From NCBI RefSeq assembly GCF_009914755.1, contig NC_060934.1: DNA of 64,000 nt, one strand, 5' to 3'. The notes beneath the pieces are model-generated. The model was not told where the DNA came from, searched no databases, and was given only the letters and a program-made list of their open reading frames with translations. Position numbers and translations under genes: made by a program. How positions within the stretch are numbered: position 1 is the stretch's first letter; each line of letters opens with the position of its first letter. Origin of the DNA: the human T2T-CHM13v2.0 reference genome, Homo sapiens. Of this stretch, positions 29,061 through 42,959 are shown in pieces.

Positions 29061-30644
29061 GTATAAACAAAAAGGAAAGAATTACCATATACTTCTGGCT
29101 CTTAATGAAATTATAATCAGTAGAATTGAGTTCGCACAGAAGAAATAAATGTGTTAACTAATATTCTATTTGGAAACTTATTTATCGCATAATTTTCAAT
29201 GTTTATATGCATGTAGCAAGGAAACACATGGAAAGTCTTTAATTTCATGGGTTATCTGTGTAGATTTTAAAGTGCTAAAATACAACAAAAAGTCATTTTT
29301 TGAGGATGGGAACCAAGACTGATCATTTAAACATTAACAATGCCCAATACAGCATCTGACACAGAGAAGGCATTTGCTAGATGTAGTATAACTTTACTCA
29401 GTAATTTGTGTGTAAGAAGTGGGATCATTTTCCTTTTACTAATGACCACCTGTTTTCTTTCAACAGTAATGTAAGGGAAGATATTCTGGGACTAGATGAG
29501 AAGTTATACCAGGAAACTCATAAACTCCATGATGCAGCTCCCTGTGAACAGTTCCAAAATAATACTTTCTGTGGTTAACCTAAAATATAAGAAAACTTTT
29601 CTCTTTCATCAATTCTTCATTAAACAGTACCCCAGCACTCTAAGTGCTGCTGAATCATCACATCAACAAGTACTCACTATATAAAGATAGAACGCAAGGG
29701 AATGAAAAGCTCTGGAAGCCATGAAGTCACACATTTAAAGATAGTTACTGAATAAATCTGCTCTCGCTGAACAGGCCAGCAAATCAGCCCATCGTGGTCC
29801 AGGGTTATTCGGGACTTTTTTTTTCCCCCTAGCATAGTAGAGCTGTAAGAGCATAGCCAGATCAGAGAGCAGACCCAGTTCAGTGCAAGCACAGAAGCAG
29901 GGTTAATATCCACTCTAGGTTATGGTTACCATCAGCCCCTTAAGCAGTAGGACCATTGACTTGGCCTCAAATGGACATACACTTCCAAGCCATACATAAA
30001 GCAAGTTATGCCTTCTAAAAGGAGTTAATCAAATCATTTTGATTCGCTTCAGACTGGAAAAACAAAATCCAAGTTTATCAATCCTGGTTTGGTGGCATTT
30101 CTAAGGCAAAGTTAGAACCAAAACAACCTGGCAGGGTTAGGGGATTTGGGAGTTGCAATGGACTGAATATTTGTGTGTTTGGGTGACCAAGATTAGAAAA
30201 GCCTGGTAAGGAAGGAAAGAGAACAGAGACGAAGCTAGTATTTTCATCTGAGGAATTTAGCCACTAGATCCAGCAATAAGATATTATCCAAAGCACTTTA
30301 AGAGCTGAATACATCTCAGTTCTGTAAGCTATGAATTTTTAACATTAAGGCCAAGCTAATATCCTTGGCAAAATATGACATTGATCTCTCATACTGATAC
30401 CTGGTCTCAGATCACTGTCCAAAAGGGAGCAAGTAATCAATTTCCAAAAATGAAAATATCAAGGGCAGGTATCCACTCCTATTAGAAAAGCAAGTTTTAA
30501 AATATCCAATCTCATTGCCAAGTAAACATTTGTGTCACAAAAAAATTCTTAGTTGCATCAGAGGATTTATATGCAAAAAAATCTAATTACTTATATTTCA
30601 GGAAGATATTCATATTCTATATTCTAGAAATACCAACATTGTAC

Positions 30645-30908
30645 AAGAGATTGGTCAATGGATACAAAATTACAGATAGACAGGAGGAATACATTCCAGT
30701 GTTCTATTGCCCAGTAGCGTGACTAACAATATTGTGTACATTTTTAAATAACTAGAAGAGAATTTTGAATGTTCTCACCACAAAGAAATGAGAAATATTT
30801 GAGGTAATGGATAAGCTAATTATTCTGATTAATCATTATACAATGTATACATGTATCAAAATATCACACAGTACTCATAAATATGTATAATTATCCATTA
30901 AAATAAAA
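30645..30908 (+). mobile_element. L1MA 3' end
   Basis: GGATACAAAATTACAGATAGACAGGAGGAATA...GAATGTTCTCACCACAAAGAAATGA; AT-rich tail. Confidence 0.85.
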
Positions 30909-32123
30909 CACAAAGTATTATATAGTACACAAATAAAATTATAAATATGTATATGTATAAATATATTAAATATGTATATAAGAATATAGATTCTATAAAT
31001 GTGTTTATTTTATAGAATATAGATATTCCATAAATACGTTTCTACTGTCAGACATTTTCCCACAATCTAACTCACTACTTTTTTTCCAGATTATTTCCTC
31101 ATGCACATTCCATTGCTATGGACATTTGAAATTAAAGAAAACAAAACTTTCCACTCATTTTTGTTGTTTAACTTTTCCTTTGAAAGCTCTATATATCTAA
31201 CATAGGGAGCTCAGACAGTTTTTCAACCAATAAACCATCAGCTATCAGCAAACATGAACATCTAAGCCAGTCTTTCTCCACGCTAGTTTTTACTATCTTG
31301 CCCTCTCTCTTCGTGACTTCAAAGTCTGACCAACGGGAAGAGTATGACAATTGGCCAACACTTCTAGACATCAGCATGCATTCTCCATGCCCCATCATCA
31401 AAGATATTAAGAACTCAGAAAAATCAAAGGGAAATTCCTAACGTGAGATGGACAGGAACCCTTCCCTCTCCATGATTTGGTATTTTGTGAGAAATCTCTT
31501 TCTTCCCATTTCACATTGGATCATCATCACCCTCTTGAAACTTGAGAGACAGAGAATTATTAGAAGTTTAATTTAATTTTATCCCTTAAGCCTTTTTCTT
31601 CTCCATGACACTAACATTGACAGTTTAAAGAAAATAGGTTTTGTGCAAAATTTTTTCTAGGGCAAAATTATCCACAGCTCTTAACTGAAAAGTGAATTTT
31701 ATAACAATGATCATAAAACTTTGCCAAGGTTAAAACTGGCAGTGAGAAATACTTTTAGTGAGAAATACCTCAGACAGCTCAATTGCTTCAGCCCTGCAAT
31801 GTCTGGGTGTGCATTTATATTCAGGATCATTTCACTTGTCCATGACATAGGTTATTTTGATCCTTAAGACCTGAAAGGGAGAAAAAGGAGGACTGGGCTC
31901 TTGCATATGCCCAATAAATTTTATCTGACCTTAGTAATGAAAATGTCAGTGGTTCTTCCAGAGCTGCTGTTTTAGTCTTTGAACTGGTGTGCTGAATTGG
32001 TATTACATTTCTGACAGATTCAATTATTCCATTTTTTCCCCTTTATTTTCTTCCAAACTGTTTGACTGTAAATAGATACAAATACGAGAGCATTAATACT
32101 CAAATTCACATAGCAGAAATCTT

Positions 32124-32243
32124 CTTTTTTAATTGAATACATTTTAGGTGGTCAACATGATGTTTTGGTGTACATATCCATAGTGAAATGATTTCCACAG
32201 GCAAATCAAGCAAATTAACATATCCATCAACTCACATAGTTGC

Positions 32244-32291
<48 letters not shown>

Positions 32292-32775
32292 TAAAAGCAC
32301 GTAAAATCCATTCTCTTAGCAAATTTCCAGTACACCACACAATATTATTAACTATAGTCTCATGTTGTACATTAGATCTCTAGACTTATCCATCTTACAT
32401 AACTGTAACTTTGTTCCCTTTGACTTCCATCTTCCCATTTCTCCACCCCAACACCTGGTAACCACTGCACAGTTCTACTCTGTATGTATTAAAAGTTCAA
32501 AGGTTTTTAAATTACACATATAAATGAGATTACACAGTATTTATCTTTTTGTGTCTGGCATAATGTCCTCTAGGTTCATCTATGTTTTCCTTCTTTTCTC
32601 CTTCTTTTCTGAGGCTGAATAACATTCCCTTACCACAAATTATTTATCCATTCATTTGTTGGCCAATACTTTAGTTGTTTCATATCTCGGCTACTGTGAA
32701 TAATGCTGCAATGACTATGGGAGTGCAGATGTCTTTACAAGGTGGTTATTTCATTTCTTTAGGTATATATCCAGG
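32124..32775 (-). mobile_element. L1MA8/9-like 3' fragment
   Basis: AAGCAAATTAACATATCCATCA.CTCACATAGTT...TGTACATTAGATCTCTAGACTTAT. Confidence 0.85.
32247..32290. repeat. (TG)22 microsatellite
   Basis: Uninterrupted TG run, counted directly. Confidence 0.97.
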
Positions 32776-32854
32776 AAAAAAAGATCTGTGTTAGATGAAG
32801 ATCTTGATGGTCAAACAAAGAAGCCAAAGCCAGAAGACCTGTGGCCTTTATTCA

Positions 32855-33004
32855 TTCACAGGTGACCTGGGAGCCTGTTAGAAATGCAGTATCATGGCAC
32901 TGCCCACTCCAGGCCTACTGAACCAGAATCTGCATCAGAACAGTTCCCCAGGATTCCCCAGCTGATGCTGATTCAAATGCACATTAAAGTGTGAGAAGCA
33001 CTGC
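32855..33004. mobile_element. MER5-type hAT fossil
   Basis: CCTGGGAGCCTGTTAGAAATGCAG...CCTACTGAACCAGAATCTGCAT...AAAGTGTGAGAAGCACTG. Confidence 0.8.
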
Positions 33005-34159
33005 TCTAAGTCACTTGATATATGCTTTTCTTTTGTCAGAATATGTAGTTTTCAACATTTAGTCAGAAAGGCATATGCGCTAAGTGGTTTTTTACAACCA
33101 TGATACTAGGTTACGTAAAATCAGATTTTTATAATTGGAAAAAATTAGAGAAATTCAAGTCTAGATATCTATTTATTCATGCAAAAGGAAAACAAACAAG
33201 ACAATACTCAATCTAGGTCCAGAATGGGCAAATGATTTGCTGACAACCACACAGCATTTTAATGGTAAAGAAAGAACAGGAAGCCAGGCCTGCCAATTCC
33301 TCCTGGTACTATTTCTACCATAATACTGCTTCCCACTAACCTGACCAAAAGTGGGCATTAATAACAAAAACAAAAACAAAAAAGGCTAATATTGATTAAG
33401 TACTTACTACATCTCAGGCAATTTATCACTTACTCTATATGCATTTTCTCACTTGATCTTGACAATAAAAGTATGATACAGGTAAAATTATCCTTCCCAT
33501 TTTAAAGATTAGAACACCAACTCTTAAAGAGATTTTGTCTAAGACCACATGTCTAGAAATGTTTAAGTTCACTTTTTATAGGGCGTTCATGCCTCTGGCC
33601 ACCATGTCATTAATGTCACACTTTTTCTGATGCAAATATTCATTCTCTATTTATGTTTAATCCACAATGTTCAACATAATTACCAATGGAATTTATCATA
33701 ATTCACTTTAAAGAAGTGTGCTATTTTACCAACAAGTAACATAGCCTCACTGCTCTTGATTCCCTTGGGAATATTGCCAAATGTAGGCAGCAGAGAATAT
33801 AAGTTCAAATAAATCACCTCTGTGTAGATCTACCTTTTCCATGAACCCATTTCTTCACATTTCCTGGCAAAGGAATCACTGCAGCTTGACACAAGGTCTT
33901 TGTAACTCTAGTGGATAGCCATGACCTGTTTCATGAAGCTATGATTCTCATTTTCTTTACGTCATACAAATGAAAACGGCCAACATCTGCTAGTGTCTGA
34001 TTCATTTTCTTGGGAATTGTACTCACATTTATTTTATGACTCAGGCAAAAAAGGCCACAAGAGGGCCATGCAAGGGGGATGTGATAACTCCTGTAATGGA
34101 GAGAGGGGACAAGGAGGATGTGTTCCTAAATCAGGTGATTCACAAGGATTCACTCCTCT

Positions 34160-34622
34160 TAAGGGAGGAGACCACCCCTCATATTGTCTTATGCCCAATT
34201 TCTGCCTCCAAAGAAAAAAAGAAGTAAAAACTAAAAGGCAGAAATGAAATCCACAGGCAAAAAGCCCAGTGCCACACCCTGGGCCTGGTAGTGAAAGATA
34301 AACCCCTGACCTAGTTGGTTATGTTATCTATAGATTACAGACATTGTATGGAAAAGCACTGTGAAAATCCCTGTCCTGTTCTGTTCCGTTCTAATTACTG
34401 GTGCATGCAGCGCCCAGTCACGTACCCCCTGTTGGCTTAATCAATCATGGCCCTCTCACATGGACCCCCTTAGAGTTGTAAGCCCTTAAAAGGGACAGGA
34501 ATTGCTCACTCAGGGAGCTCGGTTTTTGAGATGTGAGTCTTGCCGATGCTCCCAGCAGAAAAAAGCCCTTCCTTCTTTAACTCAGTGTCTGAGGGGTTTT
34601 GTCTGCAGCTCATCCTGCTACA
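34160..34622 (+). mobile_element. LTR2 (HERV-E/Harlequin) solo LTR, full length
   Basis: TAAGGGAGGAGACCACCCCTCATATTG start, TCCTGCTACA end, 463 bp, perfect 4-bp TSD CTCT. Confidence 0.93.
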
Positions 34623-36515
34623 CTCTAAATATTAAGAAACAAGGGGTACTGGCCTATACATAAAAGGTAAAAAGATGGTGTCTGAGCCTAGATTTGATGC
34701 GGACTCCCTTAATAAAGACTGTTCATCATGTACTCCCTGGTACTTTTATGAATAATTCCATTATCAACTTCACATATACCAAACCATGACCCAATTTGTT
34801 GCATATGTAAGTTGGACTTTGGCAATAAAAGAAAGAGCATATTACAAAGTAATAATGTCTTAGACATTGTCTAGAATAATGTTCTAGAATTCATCATAAA
34901 CCTTTATGTGTTTGCATTACAAAGACATTCTGTGATAGCTTTAACAATGGTTATTACTTTTTAAATGTTTGAAGAAAAATAGATGGGTCTGGGGAAATTT
35001 AGAGAAAAAAAAAAAAACCATAGACTCTTAGTAAACAATCGGAACTAAAATTTTACCTAGTACCTAAATCATTTCTGTATAATCAGTATTTGACTAATTT
35101 TAACCCCCACAAGCCTCCCAGATCATTAATTGTCAGACAGTTGTAATGCTTAGCAAGGTCTTGTCTTACTATTTGAGAAATTCTCTTCATGAGTCATGAA
35201 ATCATCAGTAGAAAATAATTTTTCTTTCTCATGGAGAAGCAGTCAATGATTGCTATCTAGTCTTAAATAAGACACCAAAAATGCACATGGCCCTACAAAA
35301 GGATAGACCACATAGCTTCAAAGACTGAGAGAAACACATAATGTCAGCAACATAAAGCTCCTTTTCTTAGAGATTATGTGTGTAGTGCTTTTATATTGTA
35401 AAATATAATGTAAAAGAATACAGAGAAACATATAGGAGTTTTCTCTGTAAAAGAACAGAGAGAGAGAAACATATAGCACTTTCCCAAATGGGAATTGTGC
35501 TTGATGTCATTAGGGGCACACAATTTCCACCCTGAATGAAGCAATGTAAGTACATTCTGTGCCCACCCACCTCCACCCTGAATGAGTGATGATCAGTAAA
35601 AACACGTTAGCAGAAAATGTGTTTCACATGGGTCAAAGACCTAGACTGATGGAGGAATCACCATCTTTTAGTTGTGTCAACCAGAGAATATAACCTGATC
35701 AACAAGCAGGAGAAGACGTGAATGGAAGAAGTCAGACAAGGAATAAAATACTGCAGCCCAGAAGTGACACACATTCCTTCCTGTACTGTTCCATTGGTCA
35801 GAACAACTCACATGGACTACTCAGCTTCAAAGGGGAAAAATGCATTCTTCCAAGTTCTGGGAAAAATAGACATGGATGTTGGTGATCTCTGGTAATGACT
35901 CCTTAACATCTCCCAGAGAGCTTTCCTTTTCCAAGTTAAGCATTCCTAATTTCTTCAACTGATTTTCATACGACATAGTTTCCACAGCCCTCATCTTCCT
36001 AATTGCCCTCCTATTTTGGTCATCTCTACTTTGAGTTCTTGACCAGCACTTGTAAATATGTGAATTTTATGATCATGTTGATATTCTGAGAAGAAAGGAT
36101 GCAGTATTCAAAGTGGTCAAACTGAATAAAGGAAGCTTAAAAGGATCAGTCAACCTGAGAAAGTTTAGAAACCACCACTTTAGTTCTTCATTATTACCTT
36201 CAAGGGTCATGCTTAGTGATACAATTTTAGCAATGGTCTGACCACTAGCGAATACTACTGTTCTGTTGCATGTTTTGATATGAACAAAAATATAACATTT
36301 CTATGAAAAGAGCCTAAGATTGCATTATTGTGACAAAATATTGGACTACAGTGAGTTTATGGGCAACTAAAACACCCAAGGGTGTGCCACTTGAACTGCT
36401 GTCAAGATAAGCATCACGAATCTTGAACTTATGCAAATTCTGAGGGTTTGTTTTAGTTATTTCTCTTAGATCTCTTCTCATTTTTACTTGCTGTAGGCTC
36501 AAAGTTCACATCTTG

Positions 36516-37166
36516 TGTTGGCATGGATTTGGTGAAAAGGGAACACTTTTACACTGCTGGTGGGAATGTAAACTAGTACAACCACTGTGGAAAACTGTAT
36601 GAAGATACCTTAAAGAACTAAAAGTGAACTACAATTCGATCCAGCAATCCCACTACTGGGTATCTACCCAAAGGAAAAGAAGTCATTATATGAAAAAGAC
36701 ACATGCACACACGTGTTTATAGCAGCACAATTTGCAATTGCAAAAATATGAAACCAACATAAATGCCCATCAACCAAAGAGTAGATAAAGAAAATATGGT
36801 ATGTATAACCCATGGAATACTACTCAGCTATAAAACAGAATTAAATAATGGCCTTTGCAGCAACTTGGATGGAGCTGGAGGCCATTATTATAAATGAAGT
36901 CACTCAGAAATGAAAAACCAAATGTCATGTGTTCCCATAAGTGGGAGCTAAGCTATGAGGATGCAAAGGCATAAGAATGATACAATGGATTTTAGGGACT
37001 AAGGGAGGAAGGATAGGAGGGGGAGGAGAATAAAAGACTACATGTTGGGTTCAGTGTATACTGCTCTGGTGATGGATGCACCAAAATCTCAGAAATCACC
37101 ACTATAGAACTTATCCATGTAACCAAACCCCACCTTTTCCCCAAAAACTACTGAAATAATTTTTTT
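36516..37166 (+). mobile_element. L1PB (PB1-like) 3' fragment
   Basis: GCACCAAAATCTCAGAAATCACCACT...CCCAAAAACTA; 15-bp TSD AAAGTTCACATCTTG / AAGGTTCACATCTTG. Confidence 0.92.
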
Positions 37167-37519
37167 AAGGTTCACATCTTGGTAAATGGTTTTTAGTCCT
37201 AATCCTGTTCTTCACACCCATATTTGTGTTTTCTGATCACCAGCAGACATAGATTCCTTTGAGGCAACTACACAAAACATTGGACAGCTGAGTGCAAAGA
37301 ACTAAGCCACAGAACATATCACATAAGAACTTCCTACAGGATGACACGATTGTGGTCATCAGCACACTGGATCATCTCCCTGTTCTGCATCTATTCTCAG
37401 GTTCATCAGTGTTCACGAATGTGCTTCCCTCCCTAACATGAAGCACTTCCCTGCTCCTCATTGAGTGGCCCTTCCACTGCAGTGAACAGGTTTCTGATCC
37501 CACCGACAAAGTTCTCAGT

Positions 37520-38591
37520 TGTTGTGGGAAGTCAGGGACCCCAAATGGAGGGAGTGGCTGAAGCCATGGCAGAAGAACATGGATTGTGAAGATTTCATGG
37601 ACATTTATTAGTTCCCCAAATTAATACTTTTATAATTTCTTATGCCTGTCTTTACTGCAGTCTCTAAACATAAATTGTAAAGATTTCATGGACACTTATC
37701 ACTTCCCCAATCAATACCCTTGTGATTTCCTATGCTTGTCTTTGCTTTAATCTCTTAATCCTGTCAGCTGAGGAGGATGTATGTCACCTCAGGACCATGT
37801 GATAATTGCATTAACTGCACAAATTGTAGAGCATGTGTGTTTAAACAATATGAAATCTGGGCACCTTGAAAAAAGAACAGGATAACAGCAATTGTTCAGG
37901 GAATAAGAGAGATAACCTTAAACTCTGACCACCGGTGAGCCGGGCAGAACAGAGCCATATTTCTCTTATTTCAAAAGCAAACAGGAGAAATATCACTGAA
38001 TTCTTTTTCTCAGCAAGGAACATCCCTGGGAAAGAGAATACGCGCCTGGGGGTATAGGCCTATAAACGGCCCCCCTAGGTGTGCCCGTCTTCTATGGTCG
38101 AGGCTGTAGGGGTGAAATAGACCCCAGTCTCCCATAGTGCTCCCAGGCTTATTAGGAAGAGGAAATTCCCACCTAACAAATTTTTGGTCAGACCGGTTAT
38201 TCTCAAAACCCTGTCTCCTGATAAGATGTTATCAATGACAATGGTGCCCGAAACTTCATTAGCAATTTTAATTTTGCCCCGGTCCTGTGGTCCTGTGATC
38301 TCGCCCTGCCTCCATTTGCCTTGTGATATTCTATTACCTTGTAAAGTACTTGATGTCTGTGACCCACACCTATTCACACACTCCCTCCCCTTTTGAAAAT
38401 CCCTAATAAAAACTTGCTGGTTTTTGCGGCTTGTGGGGCATCACGGAACCTACCGATATGTGATGTCTCCCCTGGACGCCCAGTTTTAAAATTTCTCTCT
38501 TTTGTACTCTGTTCCTTTATTTCTCAAGCCGGCCGATGCTTAAGGAAAATAGAAAAGAACCTTCGTGACTATCGGGGCAGGTTCCCCGATA
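37520..38591 (+). mobile_element. MER11 (HERV-K11/HML-8) solo LTR, probably MER11C or MER11B
   Basis: TGTTGTGGGAAGTCAGGGACCCC start, GGGGCAGGTTCCCCGATA end, 1072 bp, 6-bp TSD CTCAGT / CTCAAT, AATAAA at 38405. Confidence 0.93.
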
Positions 38592-40419
38592 CTCAATGAT
38601 AACCTTCAGTCTGAATTGAATTCTTTATTGTTTTCTTTGTTTTATCAAATTTTCTTTACCTAAAATGTGTTCTTAATATTAATATTTTAATCACAGCTTT
38701 TACACCAAATGTGAATTCAGAAAAGTTATTTAATGACTCTGGAGCCCATTTTATTCACCAATAAAGAGATGGTTGGACCAGAAATCTTAGGGCCCTTTGC
38801 AACTCTACAAATGTAAGATTCTCTGAATTTTTCTGGATATTTTCTTCTGAAGAGTGAAAAAGTTCCCTGACAGAATTGTAAAAATCCTATGACAACAAAG
38901 AAGCTAAAGCATGAAGAGATAATGGGATTTTCCAATTGTTGTGCATAGCCCATTGTAGAATCAGGAACATAACCTCACCCTGTATGCATTCCCTCTAGAA
39001 ATAATAGCACTTCATCCTCTTGCCAGACATTAAAATGCCCTTATGTACCACCTAATAATAATAACTGTTTAGTCCTGACTTAATGCCGCCTATCAATACA
39101 CATTACATTGGCCTATTAGCTTCAAAACACCTCACAAGGTTAACTGTGTAATGATTCAATAACATTTATCTAAGGATCAAAATATTATTATATTATAATA
39201 CAGAAAATAATAGGGATGTTATGCACTTGTTATAGCTATTCAACAAAAATAGAAAAATAGAAAATGTACAGCTGTGTTACTCTGCTTCCCCTTGTATGAA
39301 ATACTTATCCCAGACAATTGCTATTCTCAGATTAATGACATCCGATTTTACTTAAAGTGTTGACAGTGGTTTCCCTCCTTCCTCATTAGGGTCCTGACTG
39401 GTCACACCATATGCCAGAGGGCCTCATATATGAAGTCATTGGAAGCCATTTACAGGTTTCAGGAAGCTGAGTTTCTTCCAAGATGAGAAGAAAAAAATCT
39501 GTTTTACCTTGTTATTTCAAAAAACATGGCCTGGAGCTCAAAGGAGTAGATAGCTTAAATGCATTGCATAATGTGTTCCTTGTTAAGAAATTATAAACCC
39601 TGTGCCAAACATACCAGCCCAGCCACTGATACCCCAGAGAAAACAGGAGTTGTTTTCAGGAAGAAGTTGAACTGATCATTATTTTTCTGTCTTCTTGCCT
39701 CTGATCTCTTCACTTTACACAAACATTCCCTGTTAAGTAATTTATCTGAAAAGAAAATATAAACACACCAAATAATTGTCTTTTTACTTCAGTGTAAAAA
39801 CAAGCAGGCATGTTGCTGTCTAGGTTTCAGAGCCACATCCTTCTCCATCTCCAGTGACAATGAGGCCCCTTTGAGTTGAGTATTGTTTTTTCAATTTCTT
39901 CAGGTTTTCACAGATGAAAACGTGAGTCATGTAGAGGAAGTCAGTCATTTCAAGAGCCTCTGTAAATGATTCATCCCACAAATCTTTCTGGAACCAGTTA
40001 ACTCTTTCTGAGGGAATGGACAAACATTCCTTGCTAACCTGGGCAGAAATAAAGTTCTCAATTATCATTGTTACCAACTGAAAAAGCAAGAATGGCTTAC
40101 ATATTGAGACTCTCAATAAATAGTTGTAGGTGTATTGGCTGAAGAATGTTTATTTATTCAGTACCTACTATATTTCCAGGACCAGGGTAAATAATTATAA
40201 AAGATAAGACATGGCATGGGGCTTCAGGGAATTTATTATACACCTTGGGGGAGCAATGACATATTTAATATAATGGGAAATCAATATTAGGAAAAAAATC
40301 ACACTTTAAAAGCCTTGTAAAATAGACTTTAAATTTTTATAGATTTGGAAAGAATATATATATATATATGTTAGGGTGGACATTGAATGAAGGCTTTGTT
40401 GAAAAAGTAGATATTCAGC

Positions 40420-40835
40420 TTCTGTTCATTTATTATGGGTTACAATACTAGGGTTAACAGGTTAGCAAAAATCTCAATGGCTCATCCAGCATTTATTTCT
40501 CACTCACATAAGTGATATCTGAGGGTTGGCTTCAGTTTTGTTCAATGTTTTCTTTACCCGGAGACCCACGCTAAAGTAGCAGCCTTATTTTAATCTGCTA
40601 GTAGAAGGAAGAGATAAAAATAATGAAACCACATGATGCTCTTGAAGTGTCTTCTCTGTCCTAGCATGTGTTACTTCCATATTCCATTGTCCAAAGCAAG
40701 TCACATGGCCAACCCAACCATTAATGAGGTAGCAAATATACTTATCCTACTGGGAAGAGCACAGCAAATCACTTAGGAAAAAGTGACAATATATAATCTT
40801 CTTAGAGGGAGCAAATGATGCAACAATAATACATT
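40420..40835 (-). mobile_element. Old MLT1 LTR
   Basis: CATTTATTTCTCACTCAC...CCATTGTCCAAAGCAAGTCACATGGCCAACCC. Confidence 0.7.
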
Positions 40836-42959
40836 AATGTAATTTAACAATACGATACTGCAATCTACCAAGAGGTATATATGTATGGAATATGGTTTTG
40901 CACAAGGCAGAATGGAGGAAGCTCATTCTGGTGGTAGGTATTTCAAGAATATCTGGGTCAAAGTGTATATCTATACTGATTTTATCTGAGCCTCCCAAAG
41001 AGCCTTCCAAAAATACTGTAATAATCTGCATTCCCACTAAAAGTGTATAAAAGGATCTTTTCAATCCTATTTTTTATGAACTGCTCAATGTCCCAATTTG
41101 TGAGGTACAAAAAAATGTTAATTTATGTTCTTATTTCCATTTCTCTGGTTAATGATGAGCATTTTTCATATGTTTTGTGGCTATGTATATTTTTCATATT
41201 CATATGCTTTAAGAACAATGACCTTTTCGTACGGAAAGAGAATTTATACAGTCTGTTAAAATTCATTGTAATCTGCTCAGGGGCAGGTTTAGGCATTGGA
41301 TACAGGGGTCAAGGATGTATACCAAGTGAAGTAACAACATCTTTCTAAAATTAGGGATTATTTTTTGAGTGGTATGTGTCAGAACTTCCTCTGTTTCCTT
41401 ATTTACTTCCAAATATCACCCCCCTACACACACTCAACTTACTTACCAGACATGGAAGTCTGGTAGTAAGACTTTTCATGGAAGACATGGAAAGACCACC
41501 TGGGATGAAAATCATGGATTTTAAAATTCGAAATCCTGGCCATGAACATAGTATATCTGATCACTGAGATGAGGATGGATTCCCCTATCTTTGGGGGTTA
41601 CTAGAATGCTGATCTCCTATGACTAAAAATCACAAATCATTCTTCAATGCCTTTCTCAATTCTCTTACATTTTATTCTCTCTACTCCAACATTTTCAAAA
41701 CTGTTTTTCATGGAACATTAATCTCATAACATGCTACAGGTTAAAAAAAAAAAAAAAAAGAAATGAAGTAAGGTTATAGTCAAATAAGGTTGAGAAATAC
41801 TATGTACTAATACTATCCTCAAACTCACAAGCTAAATGACCTTGGGCAAGTGACTTTCTTTCTCTGACTTTAGTTCCTACATGTGTAAAATGGTGTGATA
41901 ATAACAGTACCTTCCTCATGTAATATTAAACTAGTTAAATCTTGCAAAGCACTTAGAATGATGCCTGGCATATAGTTAGTGTTTAATCTGTTTGTTATTA
42001 TTATTATTATCATTTTATTAGCATTAGTAGTAGTGGTAGTAGCTGCATCTAAAGGCTCTGAAAAAACTTTGCAGCAAATAAGCTTATTTAACATTGCTTA
42101 ATTCAGATTATTTCTCATTAATTATTTTTTACTTAAGTTGGAAAATACCATTCTTCTTTTATCTGAATCTTCAAATAGAAAAGGAATAGCTGGGGGTCGG
42201 GGGACACAGAGACCATGGTCAAGGTCAATAGGAAAAGCCATTTGGTAATTTGTGTTTAATCATGAGTTTTCCCTCAAGTGCCAGCCCAAAGAACAGCTTC
42301 TGCCTCTTCTGTAGGAGAAGAGACACTTGACACGCCCTGTCCACATGCAATGTCAAGCATTACAATTATCTCTGTCTGCTACCATGTAATAAAAGGAAAA
42401 TTAAAAATAACTTGAGTTCCTGCATTTCATGTTCTTCTTCTCGTATCCAAATATAACTATTTCTGAGCACATTATGAACAGCAAATAATTCTTGCTGGAA
42501 AATTTCAAGAGGAAAGAGATGATCCTTTCCCTTGTCATGCTCTCAGTGATAAATAAGGCACAGAATTCTATTCTCCAAGGGTGAGATCTGACTTCTTTTG
42601 TTTGGAAGCCAGGGCGGCATTAAATGCAACATTTATTTCCTTGACATCAACAACAACTGCATGAAATTGCTTGTGCAGGACACAGACTTGCCCTACCTGC
42701 CTGCTCTTGCAGTGTTCGTTTCATAACAAGTAAGTATGCTCTGTCCTTAGCAAAAAGGAGAATGTCTCAGAGGCCACTCAGAATGGGCCACCAGGCTGGC
42801 CCCAGTGCATCTGTGTCACTGAGTTCACCCAGATACTCAAGAGGCCAACCACTGCTTGCCAGCAGGGCCAAGTAGATACTGGGAACTTGGGACCTCCTGT
42901 GCTATTCAAAGAAGGTAACTGAAAAAACTGAATTTTTTCCTTTATCAGAAAACACATGA

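Noticed and set aside
26307-35520. Near-identical ATGTCATTAGGG(G)CACA at 26307 and 35504
   Set aside because: A 16-mer match with one indel is not surprising among all pairs in 64 kb, and the flanks do not align
37580-37760. ~90-bp internal direct repeat (ATTGTRAAGATTTCATGGACA...)
   Set aside because: As I recall, part of the normal MER11 LTR structure, not a locus-specific array
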